DNA of 64,000 bases. Source: Enterococcus phage VRE9_4. Below, piece after piece: positions 56,521-64,000 of the stretch. The stretch lies in the sequence record PP680570.1. One strand, given 5' to 3'. The position numbers were made by a program, and so were the translations under genes. Below the pieces are notes generated by a model. The model was not told the origin of the DNA, did no database searches, and was given only the letters and a program-made list of their open reading frames with translations. Position 1 is the first letter of the stretch, and the number at the start of each line of letters is the position of its first letter.

Positions 56521-56685
56521 ATGATGTTTATTGCAGTTTTTTGTGGGATTTGCGTCCTATTATTAATTGGTTCTGGAATGAAAGCAAATATAGGAAGAGA
56601 TACTACGAGATTAGAGAATATGGCTTACTTAATGTTTGCCATATTCTTAATTTTGTTTATCCTAATTTTAATTGGGGGAGCATAA
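56521..56685 (+). CDS. Small membrane protein (54 aa, 2 TM)
   Basis: RBS AAAGGAAGGAAG. Not in the ORF track. Confidence 0.25.
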   Translation: MMFIAVFCGICVLLLIGSGMKANIGRDTTRLENMAYLMFAIFLILFILILIGGA

Positions 56686-56686
56686 T

Positions 56687-57208
56687 ATGGCTTATTTACA
56701 CAATATAAAAAAATATGATATGGAAAACAGTGGTTTAAAAGGAGCCTCGGTTTCTTTATGGTTTAACCATTGTCCACATCATTGCCCAGGATGCTGGAAT
56801 TCAGAAACTTGGAAAAGAAATGAAAACTTATATGAGGACAACCAAGAGGTAATAGAAGAGGTGCTCGATGGTCTTGATGGCGGACCGATGAGATTAAATA
56901 CTCTTGCTCTTTTGGGAGGAGACCCTCTTAGCCCTAAAAATATAAAAGATACATTAGAGATTTTATCAGCAGTTAAAGCAAAAAGACCAGAGACAGAAGT
57001 TATTTGTTGGACTGGTTTTACTTGGGAACAGGTAACTAAAAGTAAGCTACTTAAACCAGTATTAGAATATTTAGACGTATTGATTGATGGTCGTTTTATG
57101 ATAGACCGTAGAATCGAAGGCAAAAAATATGGCTCTGACAATCAAAGATGTATTGATGTGAAAAAATCTCTTCAATGTGATAAAATATATTTAATGGAGG
57201 GATTTTAA
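56687..57208 (+). CDS. nrdG: Anaerobic RNR activating enzyme (NrdG, radical SAM)
   Basis: 'CPHHCPGCWN' cysteine cluster. Start moved to ATG 56687 after GGGGGAGCATAAT. Confidence 0.75.
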   Translation: MAYLHNIKKYDMENSGLKGASVSLWFNHCPHHCPGCWNSETWKRNENLYEDNQEVIEEVLDGLDGGPMRLNTLALLGGDPLSPKNIKDTLEILSAVKAKRPETEVICWTGFTWEQVTKSKLLKPVLEYLDVLIDGRFMIDRRIEGKKYGSDNQRCIDVKKSLQCDKIYLMEGF

Positions 57209-57516
57209 TGTTTAATTTTAATAAAAAAACAGAAAAAAGCTCTGTAAAAAAATATCGTAAAAAACCTGTTGAGGTAGAGGTATGGCTTTTTAACAGAGAA
57301 AATTTAGAAACAGCAGAAAGTTGGGTACGTAAGTATTCAGATAAAATGGCTTTATTTTCTCAATATGGTGGGGAAAAAATTTGGATAGAAATAAAAACTT
57401 TAGAAGGTGTAATGAAAGCTTCTGAAGGAGATTATATTATAAAAGGGGTTAATGGGGAATTATATCCTTGTAAACCAGATATTTTTATTAAAACTTATGA
57501 AGAGGTGACAAATTAA
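57208..57516 (+). CDS. Hypothetical protein (102 aa)
   Basis: Overlapping start/stop with its neighbours. Confidence 0.4.
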   Translation: MFNFNKKTEKSSVKKYRKKPVEVEVWLFNRENLETAESWVRKYSDKMALFSQYGGEKIWIEIKTLEGVMKASEGDYIIKGVNGELYPCKPDIFIKTYEEVTN

Positions 57517-58439
57517 TGTATGAAACAATAGTTATAGGTGGCGGACCAGGAGCGATGTCTGCCATTCTTTATTTATCTCGGCTTGGTTTAAAAACTGCGT
57601 GGATCTATGGTTATGGTTTTGGAGGACAAATTCAAAATACAGAAGTTGTAGATAATTATCTGGGGAAGGGGAAAATTTATGCCCCAATCTTAGTAAAAGA
57701 TATGTACTCTCATGTAGAAGACTTAGAACATATTACACAAATTTTTGGTATGGCTGAAGATGTTAATAAAATTGATGATTCAACCTTTGTAGTTACTACT
57801 GATATGGGAGAAAAAATTAGTGGTAATACTGTATTGGTTGCAACTGGAGCTTCTCCTAGAAAACTTGGAGTTAAAGGAGAAGAAGATTTTGCTGGTTTTG
57901 GCGTCTCTTATTGTGCTATTTGTGATGCTCCTTTGTTTAAAGATAAAGAAGTAGCAATTGTTGGTGGTGGACAAACTGCTTTAGAAGACGCACAAATCCT
58001 ATCTCGTCATGCAAAAAATGTATATTTAATTCATAGACGACAAGAATTTAGAGCAACAAATGCTGAAGTAAAACAAGCAAAAAATACTCCAAATATCCAT
58101 TTTCTCTTGGATACACAAGTTACTTCCATTATGGGAAAAGACGATGTTGATTTTATTGTTATTAATGAAAAGGGAATTGGTCATAGAACTTTATCAGTGG
58201 ATGGTATTTTTATAGCTATAGGACAAGTTCCTCAAACTGATTTTTTAACTGAAAACTTTGATTATATTTTACGAGATGGTTATGTAGAAACGATGAGGAA
58301 TAATAAGGTAGAAGATTTAGGCATTTTTGCCATTGGGGATGTAGTTTATGGGAATAATAAACAAATTGCTATTGCTGTAGGAGAAGGTGCAAATGCCGCA
58401 ATAGAAATTAATAAATATTTATCAGACCCTAATTTTTGA
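57516..58439 (+). CDS. trxB: Thioredoxin reductase
   Basis: FAD motif 'VIGGGPGAMSA', redox 'CAICDA', NAD(P) motif 'AIVGGGQTALEDA'. Confidence 0.8.
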   Translation: MYETIVIGGGPGAMSAILYLSRLGLKTAWIYGYGFGGQIQNTEVVDNYLGKGKIYAPILVKDMYSHVEDLEHITQIFGMAEDVNKIDDSTFVVTTDMGEKISGNTVLVATGASPRKLGVKGEEDFAGFGVSYCAICDAPLFKDKEVAIVGGGQTALEDAQILSRHAKNVYLIHRRQEFRATNAEVKQAKNTPNIHFLLDTQVTSIMGKDDVDFIVINEKGIGHRTLSVDGIFIAIGQVPQTDFLTENFDYILRDGYVETMRNNKVEDLGIFAIGDVVYGNNKQIAIAVGEGANAAIEINKYLSDPNF

Positions 58440-58494
58440 TTTTTTATGTATAAAATGTTAATATAAATATATAATAAAATAGGAGGACAAAATT

Positions 58495-59307
58495 ATGACT
58501 GTATATGCTATGTCAGATATCCATGGAAATTTTCAAGCCTTAGAAAAAGCTTTAGATTTCTTATTTAATAAAACAAAAATTTCTATTGGTGAGGATAAAC
58601 TTATTTTTCTTGGAGATTATGTTGATCGTTCTCCTGATGGATATTCTGTTTTAAAAACTATTTATGACTTACAGCAAAAATATGGAAAAGAAAACATTAT
58701 TGTTTTAATGGGGAATCATGATGAAATGTTTTTGGAGTGGTTAAAAGAGCCCTCTAATACTCTTCATTTAATTAATGATAAGCAATTAACGACTGTCAAA
58801 AGTTTTATAAAGCCTCTTAATAAGGGGTGGAACTTAATTTTTGATGGAGTAAATGCCATTTATGACATAAGTGATCCTAATAATCAAATTAAAGTTACAC
58901 AAGAAGTTATTGATACAATTAAAACAGAATATAAAGAATTATTAGATTGGTATCAAAACTTAGATTATTTTTATGAATATGGAAATGCCTTGTTTGTTCA
59001 TGCGGGTTTTGAAGAAGTGCCAAGTGGGCTCTGGACAGATTCCTCCAAAGACGAAATGACTTGGAAATACCCAGCTTCTCTTGGTTATACTCCGTGGAAT
59101 AGAGAAATTGTAGCAGGTCATATAATGACAAGAGAATTGCATCCAGAAGGAGTTCCCCAAGAGAAGAAAGATTCAATTTATAGAGATAAGGATCATATTT
59201 TTATTGACGGGGCTGCGCCGATTACAAATCATATTAATATTTTGGCTTATGATGAAAATGGTTATTTATACTATGATGCTGAGACAGGAGAAATTTTACC
59301 AGAATAA
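58495..59307 (+). CDS. Calcineurin-like metallophosphatase (Ser/Thr phosphatase / ApaH-like)
   Basis: 'MSDIHGN', 'FLGDYVDRSPDG', 'LMGNHDEM'. Confidence 0.7.
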   Translation: MTVYAMSDIHGNFQALEKALDFLFNKTKISIGEDKLIFLGDYVDRSPDGYSVLKTIYDLQQKYGKENIIVLMGNHDEMFLEWLKEPSNTLHLINDKQLTTVKSFIKPLNKGWNLIFDGVNAIYDISDPNNQIKVTQEVIDTIKTEYKELLDWYQNLDYFYEYGNALFVHAGFEEVPSGLWTDSSKDEMTWKYPASLGYTPWNREIVAGHIMTRELHPEGVPQEKKDSIYRDKDHIFIDGAAPITNHINILAYDENGYLYYDAETGEILPE

Positions 59308-59385
59308 CCTAACCTTTTTATTGTCATTATTAATTTTCCCTTTTTATTATCTTTAGCAGAGATAAATAAGGAGAGGAGAATTAAT

Positions 59386-59616
59386 ATGAGAATCAATGCA
59401 GATAAAATAAGAGAATATAGAGAAGAACATGGAATTAGCATCGATGAGATGGCTGAAATTCTTAATATAGATGGAGAAGCACTTTATGAATACGAAAGTG
59501 GAGTTCCATGGTTTGAAGAAGATGCCTTAACTATTTTTACGATTAATAATATTTGTGATAATTTAGATTTTATTGCTATAGATGTTGATGAATTATTTGA
59601 AGAATATAATATTTAA
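59386..59616 (+). CDS. XRE-family helix-turn-helix protein (76 aa)
   Basis: 'IREYREEHGISIDEMAEILNIDGEALYEYESG'. Confidence 0.5.
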   Translation: MRINADKIREYREEHGISIDEMAEILNIDGEALYEYESGVPWFEEDALTIFTINNICDNLDFIAIDVDELFEEYNI

Positions 59617-59623
59617 TTTTATA

Positions 59624-59662
59624 AAATTCAACTATTGGATTTCCTTTAGTTGAATTTTTTTA
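59624..59662 (+). terminator. Terminator AAATTCAACTA-...-TAGTTGAATTT + T-run after XRE gene
   Basis: 11-bp stem. Confidence 0.6.
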
Positions 59663-59678
59663 TTTAAAATTATATAAT
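59650..59678 (+). promoter_or_regulatory. Promoter TTGAAT-17-TATAAT for the RNase H locus; -35 is 3' arm of the upstream terminator
   Basis: TTGAATttttttatttaaaattaTATAAT. Confidence 0.5.
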
Positions 59679-59713
59679 ATATATATAAGTTAATTAAGGA
59701 AGGAAGTTGTTTA

Positions 59714-59800
59714 ATGAAAGAAGAAATTTTGAACATCCTATTAGTTGATTTAAAAGAAGATTTAGATAGAGAATTAATTGTAGCAGTAGACTTACTTTAG
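59714..59800 (+). CDS. 28-aa upstream ORF in frame with the RNase H gene, separated from it only by TAG (leader peptide or read-through N-terminus?)
   Basis: RBS AAGGAAGGAAGttgtttaATG. Ends with TAG at 59798-59800, in the same frame as 59801-60259. Confidence 0.2.
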   Translation: MKEEILNILLVDLKEDLDRELIVAVDLL

Positions 59801-59812
59801 GAGGCGAAAAGT

Positions 59813-60259
59813 ATAAAAAAGACTATTAAGATTCATGTAGATGGAAGTTACAAACAGAAAGTTAATCCTAATGTAGCTGGTTGGGGCTTCTGCGTTGAAG
59901 CAGAAGAGCAAGAAGTTTTGTATACTGCTTCTGGTATCGTAAGCAATCCAGTCTCTAGACAGATTGACGGAGAAATTCAAGCCGCTAAGGAAGCTATTAA
60001 TTGGTGCCTTGAAAATATTATAGATAAAGTAAATACAAAAATTGAAATATATCACGATTATGAAGGCTTAGGAAAATGGGCTGATAATCTTTGGAAGACA
60101 AATAAACCCTTAACTACAGAATATAAACTTTTTGTTTCTAATGCTCGATTCTCAGGACTTAAGGTTTATTTCATATGGGAAAAAGGTCATAATAATAATT
60201 TTTTTAATGAAATTGCAGATGAATTAGCAACTTCTGCCGTTGAAAATTCTGTTGGTTGA
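59813..60259 (+). CDS. rnhA: Ribonuclease H (RNase HI fold) without canonical start codon; AGGAGG-8nt-ATA candidate initiation
   Basis: 'IKIHVDGSY' (first catalytic Asp), 'EIYHDYEG', 'WEKGHNNNFFNEIADELA'. Frame open from 59801. No ATG/GTG/TTG before the DGS motif. Confidence 0.55.
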   Translation: MKKTIKIHVDGSYKQKVNPNVAGWGFCVEAEEQEVLYTASGIVSNPVSRQIDGEIQAAKEAINWCLENIIDKVNTKIEIYHDYEGLGKWADNLWKTNKPLTTEYKLFVSNARFSGLKVYFIWEKGHNNNFFNEIADELATSAVENSVG

Positions 60260-60291
60260 AATATCCAATATAAAAAATAGGAGGTTTTAAA

Positions 60292-61017
60292 ATGAATAAA
60301 GATTTATTAGTAAAAGGTGTAAAAAGTACAGTAAAAACAGTAGAAACAAAATTAAATAGAAAAGTTCATTCTGTATATTTGACAGGTAGTGTTCTTTATG
60401 GGGTTTCTACTCCCGAAAGTGATTTTGATTTTAAGGTCTATGTATACCCCACTTTTTCAGATTTATGCTTTAACGAAAAGCTCTCTAAAGAGGTGGCTGT
60501 CAATGAAAACAATGTAGAACATGTCTCTGTAAGAGATGTTCGATTCCAGTATGATGAGCTCAATAAATTGTCCCTCAATAGTGCCCACTTACTTCATCCT
60601 CCTCTTTTGGGGAAAAGATTATTTACAAAAGAACAATTAACACAAGTTTTAGAAGAGAGAAAAGATAATTTTCTTTTTAGTCTTGCTGGTGTCTCTTTAT
60701 CAGAGTCTAAAAATGAAGATTCAGGGAAAAAACTTTCAAGAATGTTATTGTTAGAAAATATGTTTACTACTGTTTTAGAGGATAAATTTACTCTAAATTA
60801 TTTCTTTGATAAAGATTCCTATAAAGAAGTATTGGTTAGAGAAAATCTTCATAGATATACAGACTTTGCTAAATTGACTCCTGAAGAATTGATGTTGACA
60901 GCCAAAGACTTTAAAAAACAATATAAGGTTGACTATAAAAAATTGGAGAATGTTTTAAAAAATCAATTATTAGAAACAGTAAAAACATTTTACAATGTAG
61001 GAAAGGAAGTATATTAA
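60292..61017 (+). CDS. Pol-beta-superfamily nucleotidyltransferase (MNT/KNTase-like)
   Basis: 'LTGSVLYGVSTPESDFDFKVYV' = GS-x10-DxD signature. Confidence 0.5.
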   Translation: MNKDLLVKGVKSTVKTVETKLNRKVHSVYLTGSVLYGVSTPESDFDFKVYVYPTFSDLCFNEKLSKEVAVNENNVEHVSVRDVRFQYDELNKLSLNSAHLLHPPLLGKRLFTKEQLTQVLEERKDNFLFSLAGVSLSESKNEDSGKKLSRMLLLENMFTTVLEDKFTLNYFFDKDSYKEVLVRENLHRYTDFAKLTPEELMLTAKDFKKQYKVDYKKLENVLKNQLLETVKTFYNVGKEVY

Positions 61018-61214
61018 TGTTTAACATATTAATTACAAAAGATATGGTAATGAATGGAATTACAATCAAAAATGTTCCTGTTAAACAATTAGAAGGTAAG
61101 GATGCTCCTGGAATTACAAAAGGGGTTGCTAGTAAAATTCAAGATTTGGTTTGGAAAGCTAATGCTCTTAAAATTGATGTAATAGATTTTAGCTATAATT
61201 TAGGAAAAGAATAG
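61017..61214 (+). CDS. Hypothetical protein (65 aa), ATG overlaps upstream stop
   Basis: ORF. Confidence 0.35.
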   Translation: MFNILITKDMVMNGITIKNVPVKQLEGKDAPGITKGVASKIQDLVWKANALKIDVIDFSYNLGKE

Positions 61215-61226
61215 GAGAGTTTTTTT

Positions 61227-61598
61227 ATGATTATTTATTATGATGAAGGTTTAGTGGAAGATTATATAGACAAAAATATCGTTAAACCTGTATTAAAATT
61301 AATTGAACAGACAATAGAAGATGCTGGTAAAGATCCTTCAGAATGGGAATTTTTGAATTTATCTATTTCTTTAAATGATACTGAATTAAAGTATATTGAG
61401 GCTTTTGGAGAAAACAAATTTTATTTTCGGTTCATGGAAGAAAATATTCATGTGTATATTCGCAATAAAGAATTGTATATCACAAAAAAGAGAAGATCTG
61501 GAATTCAGCTTTCTGATTACTTAAACGAAGAAAATATGGAGCTAACAGCAAATCAAATTAGTGATTTTTTAGAACAATATTTTAAGGAGGAAGAATAA
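61227..61598 (+). CDS. Hypothetical protein (123 aa)
   Basis: ORF. Confidence 0.4.
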   Translation: MIIYYDEGLVEDYIDKNIVKPVLKLIEQTIEDAGKDPSEWEFLNLSISLNDTELKYIEAFGENKFYFRFMEENIHVYIRNKELYITKKRRSGIQLSDYLNEENMELTANQISDFLEQYFKEEE

Positions 61599-62459
61599 TT
61601 GAACACATTAAAAATGGATCATTTTGTTGCATCTAGTATTTCTGAAATCCTAGACAATGGAGTTAATTCTTTAGGAGCTCGTCCTAAATACGCCTCTGAT
61701 GGAAAAACCGCTAATAGTAAATATATAACAGATGTATTTATCAAATTTTATTTAGATAAAGGAGAGTTACCCATTAGTAGATTGCGTCCTGTATATACGG
61801 GATTAGCTAGACAAGAGCTTTTTTGGATATACCAAGATCAAACATCTGATTTACAGCCATTAAGAGATAGAGGGGTTCATTGGTGGGAAGATTGGGCTCT
61901 AGAGGATGGAACTATTGGACAACGTTACGGAGCAACAGTTAATCGCTATAATCTAATTGATAGATTAATAGAAGGGTTAGAAAAAAATCCATATAATCGT
62001 AGAAATATTATTAATTTATGGCAATATAAAGACTTAGATGAAACAGAAGGTTTAATGCCATGCGCTTTTCAAACTATTTGGGATGTTAGAGAAGTCAATG
62101 GAGAAACGTTTTTGGATATGAGTTTAATTCAACGCAGTTCAGACTTTCTTGTAGCTGGTATGGGTATTAATCAAATCCAATATGTAGCATTACAAATGAT
62201 GGTAGCTAAACATTTTGGGTGGAAAGTAGGAACTTTTTCTTGGCACGTAATGAACTTGCATATTTATGATAGATATTTTGCTCAAGCTCAAGAATTAGTT
62301 ACTAGATTTAAAAAGATGAACCAAGAGAAGCAAAAAGAAATTGAGTTTTATTTAGACGTTCCTGACAAAACTAATTTTTATGATATAAAACCAAGCGATT
62401 TTGTACTAAATGGCTATTCCTCTGTAGGAGATCAGATGAAATTTGATATGGCAATTTAA
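61599..62459 (+). CDS. thyA: Thymidylate synthase (ThyA)
   Basis: 'NRRNIINLWQ', catalytic 'LMPCAFQ', 'RSSDFLVAGMGINQ'. TTG start after AGGAGG (alternative ATG at 61614). Confidence 0.8.
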   Translation: MNTLKMDHFVASSISEILDNGVNSLGARPKYASDGKTANSKYITDVFIKFYLDKGELPISRLRPVYTGLARQELFWIYQDQTSDLQPLRDRGVHWWEDWALEDGTIGQRYGATVNRYNLIDRLIEGLEKNPYNRRNIINLWQYKDLDETEGLMPCAFQTIWDVREVNGETFLDMSLIQRSSDFLVAGMGINQIQYVALQMMVAKHFGWKVGTFSWHVMNLHIYDRYFAQAQELVTRFKKMNQEKQKEIEFYLDVPDKTNFYDIKPSDFVLNGYSSVGDQMKFDMAI

Positions 62460-62469
62460 TAATAAATTA

Positions 62470-62497
62470 AGACACCTTAAATGGTGTCTTTTTTTTG
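62470..62497 (+). terminator. thyA terminator AGACACC-ttaaat-GGTGTCT + T8
   Basis: Inverted repeat followed by a T-run. Confidence 0.65.
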
Positions 62498-62569
62498 TAC
62501 TTTTTGGCTATAGGATTTTAACGTATTTGAGCTAGGGAAGTCTCAAAAAATAAAAGGAAGGTGTAAAAT

Positions 62570-62884
62570 ATGTTTAAAGAAAAAGATTTACTTATTCCAA
62601 TTGGCGTATTTACAGTCGGGGAGTCTAAAGAAGATTATATCGAAATGGACCCGTATGAAAAAGGTACTGTTGACAAGTTAAAAGAATATAATGAAAATGG
62701 CGTAGTAGAAATGACTGCAGAAGGCGAAAAGAAAGATTTTGATGGATATTCAAAAGGAGATTTCTTCTCTTTTGGAGATAAGGGATTCCCAGTAGTTCGA
62801 AGCAATGAAATTTTTACTAAACTAAATGTTGATGGACAATTACTATCATTCCCTAATCATAAACTTATGGAAGGTGATAAATAA
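62570..62884 (+). CDS. Hypothetical protein (104 aa)
   Basis: RBS AAAGGAAGGTGTAAAATATG. Confidence 0.4.
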   Translation: MFKEKDLLIPIGVFTVGESKEDYIEMDPYEKGTVDKLKEYNENGVVEMTAEGEKKDFDGYSKGDFFSFGDKGFPVVRSNEIFTKLNVDGQLLSFPNHKLMEGDK

Positions 62885-64000
62885 TGACTCGTTTTTATAA
62901 AGGAATCGCTGGTCGTCGAGGAGCTAATCCATCAGGAGTAGTTATTCACAATGATGCAGGCTCTGTTTATGCTAATGCTGCATTTTATCGTGGATGGTTA
63001 CCTTCTCATGATGCAGAAAATGGTTTTGCTCATTATTATGTAGCTAGCGATGGAACATTCCAAGCAGAAGATGAAATGAATATGGCATGGCATACTGCAA
63101 ATTCAACTGGTAATGCGTATTATATCGGTATTGAAGCATGTCAGTCAATGGGACCAGAAAATATTTTTCGACAAAATGAAGAAAATTCTATTAAATTAGC
63201 AGCCCAAATCTTAAAGAGATATGGTTTACAACCTAATAGAAATACTGTAAAATTGCACAAGCAATTTTCACCAACTTCTTGTCCTCACCGTTCTGTTGCT
63301 TTACATGGTGATGGATACGTAATGCAAGATTATTTTATTGCTCGTATTAAATCTTATATGGGTTCTAATCCAACTCCAGCCCCAACCCCAGCACCAAGTA
63401 CTGGAACTAGAAAATATAATATTGACCTAGTTAATATCAATTCAAAAGCTTTCCAAATCAAAGGTTGGTTTACCCCAGCTAAAGCTACGAAAGGTCAAGA
63501 TATTTGGGTTTATATTATGAAAAAAGGTGGACCAGAAATTGCCCGCTTTAAAGCGAAAAAAATTCAACGTCCAGACGTTCAAAAAGCAGTTTCAAATCCT
63601 AACGGAGCAGATGTTGGTTTCCAAGTAGATGCTCCTACACCAGAAGGCGTTCTAGGGAAAGATTTTGATTTGTTGCTTCGTTACAATAACGATAACAAAG
63701 AAGAAATTCGCACTAAAGAGCATTGGAAAGCTCCTGCATTAATTAACGAAGGATATCTAGACAAAGTTGCTGGAGATGCTAAAGGTGTTACATTTGCTGG
63801 ATGGCATCTAAATACACGTCAAAAAGATGGATTTAGACATTATCTATTTGTAACTGATGCAAAAACTGGAAAAGAATATGTACGATTCGATATTACAGGA
63901 GGGTCTTACTTAGCTTCTCCAGATATCGCTAAGAAATATGGTCCAGAAATCGCTCAACGTGGTAACTGCCGCTTCCATAATTGGTGCGCATTACCAGCAA
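62885..64000 (+). CDS. Endolysin: N-acetylmuramoyl-L-alanine amidase (amidase_2/PGRP type) with Pro/Thr linker and C-terminal cell-wall-binding region (3' partial, runs off window)
   Basis: 'VVIHNDAGS', 'MAWHTANS', 'SPTSCPHRS' zinc-amidase signatures, linker NPTPAPTPAPS. Open frame to nt 64000. Confidence 0.75.

Noticed and set aside
1-64000. Search for CRISPR arrays, tRNA genes, group I introns/inteins/HNH homing endonucleases in pol, nrdE, nrdD, thyA
   Set aside because: No spaced direct repeats, no GC-rich cloverleaf-like islands in intergenic regions. The large enzymes are colinear and of normal length. No HNH/GIY-YIG signatures seen.

Overview
The window looks like a segment of a large AT-rich virulent phage of a low-GC Gram-positive host. 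An Apf-like secreted LysM protein suggests a Lactobacillus host; this is an inference. The genes fall into three transcriptional blocks. Block 1 (positions 1-18949, + strand) is a late or structural module. It holds a 5'-truncated giant fiber/adhesin ORF, further fiber/baseplate-like proteins, a 3-TM holin, an 810-aa three-domain peptidoglycan hydrolase and five large structural proteins. It ends at a bidirectional terminator. Block 2 (18976-53159, - strand) is an early replication and nucleotide-metabolism module. It holds a RuvC-like resolvase, an insert-bearing dUTPase, a dNMP-kinase-like protein, DNA Pol III alpha (PHP+DnaE), thymidine kinase, a RecD/Dda-like helicase, a DHH/RecJ-like protein, a DnaG-like primase and a DnaB-like helicase. 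It also holds a Sak4-like ATPase, a putative SSB, class Ib RNR genes nrdH-nrdI-nrdF-nrdE, an Apf-like moron and a cluster of unknowns. That cluster contains three mutually paralogous Cys-motif proteins, an M42-like metallopeptidase, zinc-ribbon proteins and a collagen-like protein. Block 3 (53608-64000, + strand) holds winged-helix and HTH regulators, anaerobic RNR nrdD/nrdG, trxB, a metallophosphatase, an RNase H with no canonical start codon, a Pol-beta nucleotidyltransferase, thyA and a 3'-truncated amidase endolysin. About 15 near-perfect extended -10 sigma-A promoters (TTGAC(A/T)-17-TGnTATAAT) are found. Many are fused to intrinsic terminators so that the hairpin 3' arm supplies the -35 box. 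No tRNA, CRISPR array or intron/intein was detected.
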